64,000 bases of DNA from an uncultured Gemmatimonadales bacterium (GCA_963716255.1 OY970303.1:1760001-1824000), one strand, 5' to 3'. Positions 29,114-38,943 are shown, numbered from the stretch's first letter. Numbers and translations: made by a program. Notes: generated from the letters alone by a model not told the origin.

Positions 29114-30114
29114 CGCAGCGCCCGGTGCCAGGCGTCCAGCACCTCGCGCTCCCGCTCACGCGGGAGCCCGGCCTTCCGCCCCCGCTCCTCCTCCGGGCGC
29201 GCGCGGTCCCACTCCAGCGTGTCGCGGACCGTGTCCGCCAGCGGCCGGGACACGAGCCCCGCCTCCACGGCGCGGTCCACCGCCACGTCGCAGGCGCCGC
29301 TCAGCGCCGGATCGTCCTCCGGGAACCAGAAGGGGAGCTCGGTCCAGGGCTTCACCCCCTGCTCCAGCAGGAACTCCTCCGGCACCCAGGTGAGCTCCGC
29401 GCCGCTCCCGCTCACCCGGACGCAGGTTTCCAGCACCTCGCCAATGGTCCAGGCGCGGCGCGGGCCGTCCACGTTGAAGCGGCCGGTGCGCCCCGCCTCC
29501 ACCATGCGCACCATCCACCCGCCCAGGTCCCGCACATCCACGAACTGCCAGAACCTCCCCGGGTCGCCGGGGGCCAGCACCTCGCCGCCCTCCGCCGCCC
29601 GGCGGGGCCAGTAGGGGAAGCGGTCCGTGTAGTCGTCGGGGCCCACGATCAGCCCCGGCCGCACCACCAGCGCCCGTCCGGGAAAAGCCGCCTCCACCGC
29701 CCGCTCGCACAGGACCTTGAGCCCCCCGTACGTGTCGCCGTCCACCTCCTCCGTGTCCGGGTCCTCCAGCTCCTCGAGCGGCGAATCCTCGCGCAGGGGG
29801 AGCGGCGCGCCCGGTTCGTACACCGAGATGGTGGAGACGAACAGGTAAAGGTCCGCCGCGTCCCGCAGCGCCTCCGCCGAGATGCGCGCCACCCGCGGCA
29901 CGTACGCCGCGGGGTCCAGCACCGCGTCCCAGCGGCGGCCGGCGAGCGCGCCCAGGTCCCGCTGGCGGTCGCCGCGAACGCGCTCCACCTCCGGGAACAG
30001 GTGCGCCCCGTGCTCGCCGCGGTGAAAGAGCGTCACCTCGTGCCCGCGCTCCAGCGCCGCCTCCACCAGGTGCCGCCCCACGAACTGCGTCCCGCCCAGC
30101 ACCAGGAGCTTCAT
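29110..30114 (-). CDS. NAD-dependent epimerase/dehydratase, tandem paralog
   Basis: LGGTQFVG, FVST, YGGLK, RPGLIVGP; ATGA overlaps at both ends. Confidence 0.92.
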   Translation of the reverse strand: MKLLVLGGTQFVGRHLVEAALERGHEVTLFHRGEHGAHLFPEVERVRGDRQRDLGALAGRRWDAVLDPAAYVPRVARISAEALRDAADLYLFVSTISVYEPGAPLPLREDSPLEELEDPDTEEVDGDTYGGLKVLCERAVEAAFPGRALVVRPGLIVGPDDYTDRFPYWPRRAAEGGEVLAPGDPGRFWQFVDVRDLGGWMVRMVEAGRTGRFNVDGPRRAWTIGEVLETCVRVSGSGAELTWVPEEFLLEQGVKPWTELPFWFPEDDPALSGACDVAVDRAVEAGLVSRPLADTVRDTLEWDRARPEEERGRKAGLPREREREVLDAWHRALR

Positions 30115-31550
30115 CGCGCGCCGCCCCCGCGGTCCCGCAGGGCGCCCAGCAGCTTGTCGTGGATCCCCCCGAAGCCGCCGTTGGACATCACCAGCACCAC
30201 GTCCCCCGCGCGCAGCTCCGGCGCCAGGCGCGCCACGATGTCGTCCGGGGCGGGGATGTAGTGCGCCGTCTTCCCCTGCCCCCGCCAGGCGTCCACCATC
30301 CGGTTGGGGTCGATGGCCGTCTCCTCCGTGTAGCGCTCCGGGTGGAAGAGCCCCGCCAGCACCACCGCGTCCGCCCCCGCGAACGCCTGCTCGTAGGGCG
30401 CCTGGAATTCGCGCCGTTGCGCCGTGTAGCTGCGCGGCTCGAAGATCGCCACCACCCGCCTTCCCGCGTACTTCTGGCGCACCGCCTCGATGGTCTCGCG
30501 CACCGCCGTGGGGTGGTGGGCGAAGTCGTCGATCACCGTCACCCCCTCCACCTCGCCGCGGACCTCCATGCGCCGGCGGACGCTGCGGAAGGTGCGCAGC
30601 CCAAGGCGCACCCCGTCCCGGTCCGCCCCCACCGACTCCGCCGCCGCGATCGCCGCCAGGCAGTTGCGCACGTTGAAGGAGCCCGCCAGCGGCGTCTCCA
30701 CCCGGCCCCAGGGCTCGCCGTCGTGCACCACGTCGAAGCGCGACCCCTCCGGCCCGAACTCCGCGTTCAGCGCCGTCCAGCGCGGGTGCTCGCCCCCGCC
30801 CGCCCCCGTGCCGGCGTCGCCGAAGGACTGCACGGGGGCGAAGGAGCGCGCCGCCAGCTCCCGCACGATGGGCGAGTCCCACCCCGCCACCAGCGTCCCG
30901 CCGGAGGGGACCAGGTTGACGAAGCGCGCGAAGGCGAAGCGGTACGCCTCCTCGTCGCGGTAGATGTCCGCGTGGTCGAACTCGATGTTGTTCACGATCG
31001 CCGTGTCCGGCAGGTAGTGCCACATCTTGGGGCCCTTGTCGAAGTACGCCGTGTCGTACTCGTCGGCCTCCACCACGAAGTAGCCCGAGTCCGTGAGGCG
31101 GAAGGAGGTCCCGAAGTTCTCCGCCACCCCGCCGATGAGGAACGACGGGTTCAGCCCCGCGCACTCCAGGATCCAGGCCAGGATGGAGGTGGTGGTGGTC
31201 TTGCCGTGCGTCCCCGCCACCGCCAGCGAGTGCCGCCCGCGGATGAACTCCTCCTTGACCGTCACCGCCGCGGAGGTGTAGGGGATCTTGCGGTTGAGCA
31301 CCGCCTCCAGCTCCGGGTTGCCGCGGGAGATGGCGTTGCCCACCACCACCATGTCCGGGCGGGGCTCCAGGTTGTCCGGCGAGTACCCCTCGCGGAAGGC
31401 GATCCCCAGCTCGCGGAGCTGCGTGGACATGGGCGGGTACACGTTCTCGTCCGACCCCGTCACGGTGTGGCCCGCGGCGCGGAGCAGGCCCGCAAGGGAG
31501 CCCATTGCGGTCCCCCCGATGCCGATCAGGTGGTAGTGACGAGGCTCCAT
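30111..31550 (-). CDS. mpl: Murein peptide ligase (Mpl/MurC family)
   Basis: IGIGGTAM, GNAISRGN, AGTHGKTTT, EADEYDTA.FDK, EFDHADIY, DDFAHHPT, FEPRS, MSNGGFGG. Confidence 0.93.
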   Translation of the reverse strand: MEPRHYHLIGIGGTAMGSLAGLLRAAGHTVTGSDENVYPPMSTQLRELGIAFREGYSPDNLEPRPDMVVVGNAISRGNPELEAVLNRKIPYTSAAVTVKEEFIRGRHSLAVAGTHGKTTTTSILAWILECAGLNPSFLIGGVAENFGTSFRLTDSGYFVVEADEYDTAYFDKGPKMWHYLPDTAIVNNIEFDHADIYRDEEAYRFAFARFVNLVPSGGTLVAGWDSPIVRELAARSFAPVQSFGDAGTGAGGGEHPRWTALNAEFGPEGSRFDVVHDGEPWGRVETPLAGSFNVRNCLAAIAAAESVGADRDGVRLGLRTFRSVRRRMEVRGEVEGVTVIDDFAHHPTAVRETIEAVRQKYAGRRVVAIFEPRSYTAQRREFQAPYEQAFAGADAVVLAGLFHPERYTEETAIDPNRMVDAWRGQGKTAHYIPAPDDIVARLAPELRAGDVVLVMSNGGFGGIHDKLLGALRDRGGGAR

Positions 31551-31694
31551 GTGCAGGCTCCGGCGTGCGAGGGGTGAGCAGAACGGTGCGGCGCGGCCAT
31601 GCGAGCGGTGTGCCGCGGCGGCGCCGAGGCACTATATTGGCAGTGGCTCCTGCGGTGAGCAACCGCGCCCACGACTCCCGGGAAGCAACCTGGC

Positions 31695-32183
31695 ATGACC
31701 ATGAACACCCTCCGCCTGACCCTGGTGGCTGCTTCCGCCGCGGCCCTCGCGGGCTGCCTGGACTCCACCTCGCCCGACCCCGGCTACGCCTGCGGCGTCA
31801 ACGCGAACCCGGCCGCGCAGATCACCGGCGACACCATTCCCGGCCAGGGCGGGCTCAAGTACATCGCCGGGATGGCGGGCGACACCGCCGAGGGCGACGT
31901 CGTCCAGAACACCCACACGGTGGAAGTCTGCTACGTCGGCTTCTTCCCCAACGGGCAGGTGTTCGACCGGGGGGCCACCGTCGTCGACATCCCGGAGGGG
32001 CTGGTGATCGCCGGCTTCTCGCAGGGGATCGTGGGCATGCGCGAGGGCGCCACGCGCCGCCTCATCGTCCCGCCGTCGCTGGGCTACGGCAGCGTCGACG
32101 TCAAGGACCGGAACACCGGGGCGGTGATCATCCCGGCGAACTCCACCATCGTGTTCGACGTCGGCATCCTGCGGGTGCGCTGA
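31695..32183 (+). CDS. FKBP-type peptidyl-prolyl isomerase (lipoprotein)
   Basis: Lipobox LAGC; Y.G, FD, VIAGF..G..GM..G..R.L.VPP.LGYG, IPANS.IVFDV. Confidence 0.9.
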   Translation: MTMNTLRLTLVAASAAALAGCLDSTSPDPGYACGVNANPAAQITGDTIPGQGGLKYIAGMAGDTAEGDVVQNTHTVEVCYVGFFPNGQVFDRGATVVDIPEGLVIAGFSQGIVGMREGATRRLIVPPSLGYGSVDVKDRNTGAVIIPANSTIVFDVGILRVR

Positions 32184-32206
32184 ATGGGGGGAGTGGAGGA
32201 GGGGGC

Positions 32207-32644
32207 ATGAGCGACCAGGCACTTCTCGCCGTCACGGACGACCTGTGGGTGCCGCGCGCGGAGCTGGACTTCCGCGCGTCGCGCTCCGGGGGGCCGGGGG
32301 GGCAGCACGTCAACACCTCGTCCACCAAGGTGGAGCTCACCTGGAGCGTGGCGGGCTCCCCCTCCCTCAGCGAGGAGCAGCGCGCCCGCGTGCTGGACAA
32401 GCTCGCCAACCGCATCGACGGCGAGGGCGTGCTGCACCTGGCCGCCAGCGAGCACCGCAGCCAGCACCAGAACCGCGAGGCGGCCGTGGAGCGCTTCGTG
32501 GAGCTGGTGCGCGCGGCACTGCACGTTCCCAGGCCGCGCAGGAAGACCCGCCCCACCCGCGCCTCCCGCGAGGTGCGCCTCCAGTCCAAGAAGCGCCGCT
32601 CCGAGGTCAAGCGGCAGCGCGGGTCCGTCCGCCCGGACGAGTAG
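32207..32644 (+). CDS. arfB: Alternative ribosome rescue factor B
   Basis: SRSGGPGGQHVN, RSQ.QNR, basic tail RRKTRPT...K..RS..K..R. Confidence 0.95.
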   Translation: MSDQALLAVTDDLWVPRAELDFRASRSGGPGGQHVNTSSTKVELTWSVAGSPSLSEEQRARVLDKLANRIDGEGVLHLAASEHRSQHQNREAAVERFVELVRAALHVPRPRRKTRPTRASREVRLQSKKRRSEVKRQRGSVRPDE

Positions 32645-32672
32645 CCGCGGTTTTCCACGGGATCCGGCAACC

Positions 32673-32688
32673 GGGCATTCCTCTTGCA
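32673..32688 (+). promoter_or_regulatory. sigma54-like -24/-12 element
   Basis: GGGCATTCCTCTTGCA upstream of 32757. Confidence 0.5.
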
Positions 32689-32756
32689 CCTGTGCCGGGC
32701 GACGGCCGCAGGGGCGGCCGGAGTGATGAAACTCACCCGAGAGAGCCGAGGGACCC

Positions 32757-33020
32757 ATGGAATTCATCTGGATGCTCATCATCGGCCTGGTCGCCGGCGC
32801 GATCGCGAAGTTCATCATGCCGGGGAAGGATCCGGGCGGCATCATCGTGACCATCCTGCTCGGGATCGCGGGCTCGTTCGTGGGCGGGCTGCTGGCCAAC
32901 ATGCTCGGGCGCGGCGGGGACGGCGACAACACCGCGGGGTTCATCGGCTCCATCATCGGCGCGCTGATCCTGCTCTTCCTGTACCGCATGATCGTCGGCC
33001 GCCGCCACACGCGGGTGTGA
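32757..33020 (+). CDS. GlsB/YeaQ/YmgE stress-response membrane protein
   Basis: IGLVAG.IAK.IMPG.DPGG...TILLGIAGSFVGG...SIIGA.ILL. Confidence 0.93.
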   Translation: MEFIWMLIIGLVAGAIAKFIMPGKDPGGIIVTILLGIAGSFVGGLLANMLGRGGDGDNTAGFIGSIIGALILLFLYRMIVGRRHTRV

Positions 33021-33105
33021 TCGTGTCCTGACGCTCCCGGGGTTCTGTCGAGCGGGGTCGTCCTTCGGGGCGGCCCCGTTTTTCGTTGGATCAAGGTGTC
33101 GTGGC

Positions 33106-33235
33106 GGGCCGCTACGGAGCCGGACGATACTGCCGTCCGTCTCCTCCGCGGGCTCCGGGAGCCAGGCCAAACGGCCGGCCTGTCTCCCCTCGCCGGAGGG
33201 AGCCTCACGCAAACAGCCTCGTGAGTCTCCCTCCG
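33106..33235 (+). repeat. Family-3 triple-hairpin repeat, copy 2
   Basis: Reverse-orientation homolog of 22468-22598 with different stem sequences. Confidence 0.85.
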
Positions 33236-33369
33236 TCAAAGATCATATGGGTACGACCAACAGCAACGGCGGAACGGCGCCCGAAGGGGCACCGATCCGC
33301 CGTTCGCCGTGCTCCCCTTGCGGGGAGGGGGCCGGGGGGAGGGGGTCCCGCCGACGCCAGCGCGAGACC

Positions 33370-33506
33370 CGCGTGAGGGATTCCGGCCCGGAGGGGCGAG
33401 ACCCGACAGCAGTATCGTCGGGGCTCGACTCCGTTGAGCAGCGTTGTTTGCTGCTCTACGGAGCCGAAGCCCGACCCCGGCGTCAGCCGGGGGCACGCCC
33501 GAACCC
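33370..33506 (-). repeat. Family-1 structured repeat, copy G
   Basis: About 19 nt after the EamA stop. Confidence 0.95.
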
Positions 33507-33524
33507 GCAGTGAAATCCGTACCT

Positions 33525-34478
33525 TCACCGTCCAGGATCGGCACGAACCAGGACCACGCCGGAAAGCGTCACCGCCACGCCCACCAGCGCCAGCGGGCCG
33601 GGGCGCTCGCCCAGCCACAGCGCGCCGATGGCCAGCGCCACCAGCGGCGTGAGGTTGGAAAAGATCGCCGTGCGCGTGTTGCCGATCCGCTCCACGCCGC
33701 GGTACCAGATCAGGTACGCCAGCCCGATGGACAGGACCGCCGAAAAGAACAGCCCGCCCCACGCCCCCGCGCCCACCGCCTCCCAGTCCTGGCCCAGCAG
33801 GCCGGGGGTCCCCAGCGCCAGCAGCCCCAGCGTCCCCACCCAAAGCGTCCACGCCGTGGTCCGCACCGAGCCGTACTTCTGCACCACGGGGCGCGCGCCC
33901 ACGGTGTAGAGCGCCCAGGCGAAGGAGGCGCCCAGCAGGATCAGGTCGCCCGCCAGGGCGCGCTTGCTCCCGCTCCCCAGCGTCAGCGCGCTCCCCGTCA
34001 CCAGCGCCACCCCCGTGGCCGCCAGCCCCGCGCCCATCCAGGTGCGCGGACCCGGGCGCTCGTGCCCCGTCACCGCAGACAGGATGGCGGTGAACACCGG
34101 CGTCAGCGCCAGGATCAGGCTGGCGTGGCCGGCCAGCGTGCGGTCCAGCCCCAGGATGAACGCCATCTGGTAGACCACGTTCCCCAGCACCCCCAGCGCC
34201 AGGATCCGCGGCCAGTCGCGGCGCTCGGGGAGCTCCAGCGGCCCCTGCGCGCGCAGCACCACGAACACGAACGCCGAGGCGATGGGGTAGCGCAGGGCGT
34301 TGAACGCCAGCGGGTCGAACGCCTCCAGCGCGATCTTCACCACCGAGAAGTTCACCCCCCACACGAACACCATCAGCGCCAGCGCCGTTTCCGTCCACCC
34401 CCAGGGCGGCACCGGCCCCGTCGCCTCCGCCCCCAGCGCGCCGTCGATCCCCTCGCCGTCCGCCCCCGCCGCTTCCAT
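33525..34478 (-). CDS. EamA/DMT-family transporter
   Basis: About 10 TM; WG.NF, LRY, GD.L.L...WA.Y, N.TP...LGE. Confidence 0.92.
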   Translation of the reverse strand: MEAAGADGEGIDGALGAEATGPVPPWGWTETALALMVFVWGVNFSVVKIALEAFDPLAFNALRYPIASAFVFVVLRAQGPLELPERRDWPRILALGVLGNVVYQMAFILGLDRTLAGHASLILALTPVFTAILSAVTGHERPGPRTWMGAGLAATGVALVTGSALTLGSGSKRALAGDLILLGASFAWALYTVGARPVVQKYGSVRTTAWTLWVGTLGLLALGTPGLLGQDWEAVGAGAWGGLFFSAVLSIGLAYLIWYRGVERIGNTRTAIFSNLTPLVALAIGALWLGERPGPLALVGVAVTLSGVVLVRADPGR

Positions 34479-34770
34479 GCGTGACATCCTCCGTGTATCC
34501 CGTCGCCTTCGTCCACCCGGGAAAATGCAGGCGGGAGACGGGGTGTCTCCCCTCCCCTTCGACCGGCCGGCGCGCCACCGGCGGACTCGTCCGGGCGCCC
34601 CGGAAGATCGGCGCGGCCGCCGCCGATGGCAACCCGCGCCCGCCGGCGATTTCCACGCCTGGCGGGAGGGCGAAATGACCGCTCTTGTGCGGCGCCCAAA
34701 CCGCGCATATACTGTCGGGACTTATGCGGTCGTTTGGCCGCTCCTCGGAATCCTTTGCGCAGAGGAAGAC

Positions 34771-36045
34771 ATGAGGCACACCCGTTCCGTCCCCGCCGTG
34801 GTCCTCGCACTGCTGGTCACCGCAGCGTGCGAACAGTCGGACGCGCCGCTCGGGCCCCAGCCGAGCGACGCGGCCGTGCGCGCCGCCGCCGCCCCGCAGT
34901 CGTTCCACAACCCCGACGACGAGTACGCGCGCGCGTCGCGGGCCGAGGTGCCCGGGTTCGCCGGCTTCTACCTCAAGGCCGACGGCACCCCCGTGGTGCG
35001 GCTGGTGGATCCCTCGCAGCGCGGCGCGGCGCAGCGCTACCTCGCGCAGGAGTTCATCCGCGCGCGCAACGGCCGGCACAAGGGCGCGCCCGCGCAGCCG
35101 GAGTTCGTCGACGCGGCGTACGACTTCGCGCAGCTCAAGGACTGGGCGGAGGCGCTCACCCCGCTGATGTCCACGCGCGACGACGTGTTCATGGTGGACG
35201 TGGACGAGGTGGAGAACCGCGTGCTCCTGGGCGTGGCGGACGGCGCCGCGGGCGGGGCCGTGCGCGGCGAGGCGGCGCGCCTGGGGATCCCGGCGGCCGC
35301 GGTCGCCGTGCAGACGCAGGCCAAGCCGCAGGTGCGCGCCTCGCTCCGCGACCGGCACACCACCCTCCGGGGCGGCATCCAGATCGCGTTCGGGCAGTAC
35401 CTGTGCACCCTGGGCTTCCCGGCCACGCGCAACTCCACGGGCCTGACCATCTTCGTCACCAACGCGCACTGCACCGGGACCCAGTACGCCAACGACGGCA
35501 TCGCCATCTACCAGAACACCAACGCGGCCGGCAACCAGATCGGCAACGAGGTCGCGGACCGCGGCATGTGGGCCTGCGTCGCCGGCGTCCCCTCCTGCCG
35601 CCAGGCCGACGCGGCCTACATCAGCAACAACGGCACGCGCGCCGTGGGCCGCGGCCTGATCGCGCGGACCAACTGGGCCACCGGCATGAACGCCGGTACG
35701 ACCATCGTCGGCGACTTCCGCATCGTCGCGCGCTACGCGGGCACGCTGCCGGTGGGGAGCGTCCTGGACAAGACGGGCCGCACCAGCGGCTCCACCTACG
35801 GCAACGTCACCAACTCGTGCGTGACCATCGGCGTCCTGCGCTGCCAGGACATCTCCAAGGTCTGGTCCGAGGGCGGCGACAGCGGCTCTCCGGTGTACGT
35901 GTGGCTCAGCAACAACGACGTGCAGCTGCACGGCGTCATGTGGGGCGGCCCCGGCACCGACTACACCACCACGTACTCCAGCCGGCTCGCCGGCATCGAG
36001 GCGGACCTGGGCACGCTGAGCAACCTGTGCGTGGCGGGCTGCTGA
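34771..36045 (+). CDS. S1 (alpha-lytic/streptogrisin-like) serine protease lipoprotein with a prodomain
   Basis: Lipobox TAAC; CTLGF, TNAHC, DAAY, K.GRTSG.TYG, GDSGSP. Confidence 0.88.
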   Translation: MRHTRSVPAVVLALLVTAACEQSDAPLGPQPSDAAVRAAAAPQSFHNPDDEYARASRAEVPGFAGFYLKADGTPVVRLVDPSQRGAAQRYLAQEFIRARNGRHKGAPAQPEFVDAAYDFAQLKDWAEALTPLMSTRDDVFMVDVDEVENRVLLGVADGAAGGAVRGEAARLGIPAAAVAVQTQAKPQVRASLRDRHTTLRGGIQIAFGQYLCTLGFPATRNSTGLTIFVTNAHCTGTQYANDGIAIYQNTNAAGNQIGNEVADRGMWACVAGVPSCRQADAAYISNNGTRAVGRGLIARTNWATGMNAGTTIVGDFRIVARYAGTLPVGSVLDKTGRTSGSTYGNVTNSCVTIGVLRCQDISKVWSEGGDSGSPVYVWLSNNDVQLHGVMWGGPGTDYTTTYSSRLAGIEADLGTLSNLCVAGC

Positions 36046-36071
36046 TCATCGCGGAACGGATTTGAACGGAC

Positions 36072-36206
36072 GGGTTGGGCGTGTCCCCGGCTGGCGCCGG
36101 GGTCGGGCTTCGGCTCCGTAACGCACGAAACAACCGTGCGTAACGGAGTCGAGCCCCGGCAAACTGCCGCCGGGTCTCGCCCCTCCGGGCCGAAATCCCT
36201 CACGCG
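36072..36206 (+). repeat. Family-1 structured repeat, copy H
   Basis: About 27 nt after the protease stop; inverted partner is copy I. Confidence 0.95.
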
Positions 36207-36257
36207 ACGGCAGGCCCCCTCCCCCGCAAGCGGGAGAGGGGGAGCACGGCACGAAAG

Positions 36258-36297
36258 AAAAAGCCCGTCCCGGCGATGCTCGCCGGACGGGCTTTTT
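36258..36297. terminator. Bidirectional intrinsic terminator
   Basis: AAAAAGCCCGTCC...GGACGGGCTTTTT between convergent genes. Confidence 0.8.
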
Positions 36298-36332
36298 GCC
36301 GTCTGCAAACTCGCGGACGCCAGCGCGATGCC

Positions 36333-36465
36333 CGCGTGAGGGATGCGAGCGCGAAGCGGCGAGACCCGCGCAGTTTGCGGGGCTCGCCTCCGTTACGCAC
36401 AGTTTTATCGTGCGTTACGGAGCCGCAGCCCGACCCGAGCGCCAGCGAGGGGCACGCCCGAACCC
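36333..36465 (-). repeat. Family-1 structured repeat, copy I (variant subfamily)
   Basis: About 17 nt after the HAD stop; same variant junction as copy E. Confidence 0.92.
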
Positions 36466-36481
36466 ACAGTAAAACGCGGCC

Positions 36482-37159
36482 CTATCCGCCGCTGCCGCGA
36501 CCAACCGCAGACCCGTCGAAGTTCTCCAGCAGATCGGCGGGGTCCTCGTAGACGGCGACCGCGCCCTTGAGGTCCTCGTCGCCCCAGCCGCCGGAGCGCA
36601 CCGCGATGATGGGCACCCCCGCGCGGTTGGCGGCCTCCACGTCGTACGGCGTGTCGCCCAGCATCACCGTCTGCTCGGCGGGGAAGCCGCCCTCGTCGCG
36701 GGCGGCGTGCACGATGTCCGGGTCCGGCTTGGACGCCTCCACCTCGCTCCCGGTGGTGGCCTCCTGGATCAGGTCCTGCACCCCGGCGCGCTCCAGCAGC
36801 CCGTCCAGGTCTTCCTTGTCGGCGGAGGTGGCGATCACCAGCTTGATGCCGTCGTCGCGCATGCGGTGCAGCAGGGCGCGGGCGCCGCGCGTGGGCTGCA
36901 GCGTGGGGAGGAAGCGCTCGCGGAAGATCTCGCCCTTGCGGCCGTTGAGCTTTTCCCCCTGCTCGCTGTCCTTTTCGAAGCCCCACACCTGGGGGATCAG
37001 CTTGTCCCCGCCCATCCCGATCCGCCGCCACACCTCGCGGAGCTCGGGCACTTCCAGCCCCAGCTCCTCCGCCGCGTCCAGGAATGCCTGCGCGTGGGCC
37101 TCGTTGCTGTCGATCAGCGTGCCGTCGATGTCCAGGATCACCACCCGCACCCGGCTCAT
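36482..37159 (-). CDS. HAD-family hydrolase
   Basis: DIDGTLIDS, ATS, SKPDPD, GDTPYD. Confidence 0.92.
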   Translation of the reverse strand: MSRVRVVILDIDGTLIDSNEAHAQAFLDAAEELGLEVPELREVWRRIGMGGDKLIPQVWGFEKDSEQGEKLNGRKGEIFRERFLPTLQPTRGARALLHRMRDDGIKLVIATSADKEDLDGLLERAGVQDLIQEATTGSEVEASKPDPDIVHAARDEGGFPAEQTVMLGDTPYDVEAANRAGVPIIAVRSGGWGDEDLKGAVAVYEDPADLLENFDGSAVGRGSGG

Positions 37160-38709
37160 CGCGGCGCCTCCGGCGAGGCCGGCTCCACCGGCTTCAGCGG
37201 GTAGGGCGCCGGGCCGTTCAGCACCTCGCCGTCCGGCGCGAAGCGCGAGCCGTGGCAGGGGCAGTCCCAGCTGCGCTCCTCGGTGTTCCAGTGCACGATG
37301 CACCCCAGGTGCGTGCACACCGCCGAGCGCTCGATGAGCGCGCCCGACTCGTCGCGGTACGCCGCGATCCGCTGCGAGCCGCGCTGGAGCACCTTTCCCG
37401 TCCCCGGCGCGATCCCCTCCGCCGAGGCGTCGCCGGAGCGCAGCCACTCCAGGTAGCGCATCCCCACGTCCAGGGTCTCCGTCAGGAACTCCTTCACCGA
37501 CTCGCGCGACAGCGTCTTCCGCGCCGGGTCGTAGATCTTTTCCCACGGGCTGGGCCGCCCCAGCACCAGCTCCGAGATGAGCATCCCCGCGATGGTGCCG
37601 TGCGTCATCCCCTGCCCCGAGTCGCCGGTGGCGAGGTACACGTTGTCCATCCCCGATCCCGGGTCGCGCCCGATGAAGCCCACGTAGTCCACCGGCTCCA
37701 GCACCTGCCCGGACCAGCGCAGCTCCACCGACACCACCGGGAAGCGCTCCCGCGTCCACGCCTCCAGCCGGGCGTAGCGCCGGTCCGCGTCGTCGTGGTG
37801 CCCCGTCTTGTGGTCCTCGCCGCCCACCACCAGCATCTCGTGCTCCGCGTCGCCCTCCAGGGGCGCCACGCGCACGTAGTGGTACGGGTCCAGCGTGTCC
37901 CAGTACAGCCCGTGCGGCACCGCGCCCTTCTTCACCCGCGCCCCGATCACGAACGTGCGGTAGGGCGCCTGCTTGGTGTGCATGGTGAAGCGGTCGCTGA
38001 TGGGCGAGTTGGTGCACACCGCCACCGCCCCCGCCCGCACCGCGAACCCCTCGCCGCGCACCTCCGGCCGCTCCCCGCCCCGGATCTCCAGCACGTGCGT
38101 GCCGGTGTGGACGCGCCCGCCCAGACGCTCGATCGCCCCGACGAGCCCCTCCAGGTACCGGAGCGGGTGGAACTGCGCCTGCCGCGGGAAGCGCAGCGCC
38201 GGTCCGCTGTCGAAGGGGAGCCCCGGGATGCGCGGCACCACCTCCGCGTCCTCATGCCCGGCCCGGACCGCCGCGGCGCGCTCCTTTTCCAGGAGGTCCG
38301 GGGTGTCGCCGGGGGCCAGGAAGAAGTACCCGTCCACCCGTTCGTACTCGCACTCGATCCCCTCCGCCGCCGCGATCTCCCCGATGCGCTCGATGGCGGC
38401 CTGGTGGCTCTCGTGCACCCGCGCGGCGCCCTCCTCCCCGTGGATCTTCTCGATCACGTGGTAGTAGTCGTCCATCGCGCTCGCCAGGTGGGCGGTGGTC
38501 TGGCCGGTCTCCCCTCCGCCCACGGCGTTGTCGTCCAGCACCACCACGCGCCTGCCGGCCTTCGCGAGCAGGTAGGCCACGGTCATCCCCGCGATCCCGG
38601 CCCCCACCACGCACACCTCCGCCTCCGCCTCCCCGCGAAGCGGCGTGGTCTGGCGCTGCGGCCGCGTGGCTTCCCACACCGAGACCGAACGTTCCGACGA
38701 CTGCATCAT
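37156..38709 (-). CDS. FAD-dependent oxidoreductase with a C-terminal Rieske 2Fe-2S domain (YhfW-like)
   Basis: VVGAGIAG, GETG.TTAHL, FHPL.YL, CTHLGC, WDCPCHGSRF. Confidence 0.93.
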   Translation of the reverse strand: MMQSSERSVSVWEATRPQRQTTPLRGEAEAEVCVVGAGIAGMTVAYLLAKAGRRVVVLDDNAVGGGETGQTTAHLASAMDDYYHVIEKIHGEEGAARVHESHQAAIERIGEIAAAEGIECEYERVDGYFFLAPGDTPDLLEKERAAAVRAGHEDAEVVPRIPGLPFDSGPALRFPRQAQFHPLRYLEGLVGAIERLGGRVHTGTHVLEIRGGERPEVRGEGFAVRAGAVAVCTNSPISDRFTMHTKQAPYRTFVIGARVKKGAVPHGLYWDTLDPYHYVRVAPLEGDAEHEMLVVGGEDHKTGHHDDADRRYARLEAWTRERFPVVSVELRWSGQVLEPVDYVGFIGRDPGSGMDNVYLATGDSGQGMTHGTIAGMLISELVLGRPSPWEKIYDPARKTLSRESVKEFLTETLDVGMRYLEWLRSGDASAEGIAPGTGKVLQRGSQRIAAYRDESGALIERSAVCTHLGCIVHWNTEERSWDCPCHGSRFAPDGEVLNGPAPYPLKPVEPASPEAPR

Positions 38710-38808
38710 CGTGCTCCCTCCGTTCCCCGGATTCTCTTTCACGGTCGGCGAGTGGAGCGGCACTGCAATGTTGGTTCCCGGCAAAGAGCTACATACCGCG
38801 GGACGGCG

Positions 38809-38943
38809 GGGTTGGGCGTGCCCCCGGCGGGCACCGGGGTCGGGCTTCGGCTCCGTAGGGCTGCAAACAACGCAGCCCAACGGAGTCGAGCCCCGACGAT
38901 ACTGCTGTCGGGTCTCGCCCCTTCGGGCCGTAATCCCTCACGC
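38809..38943 (+). repeat. Family-1 structured repeat, copy J
   Basis: Full-length match; antisense to the flanking genes. Confidence 0.93.
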
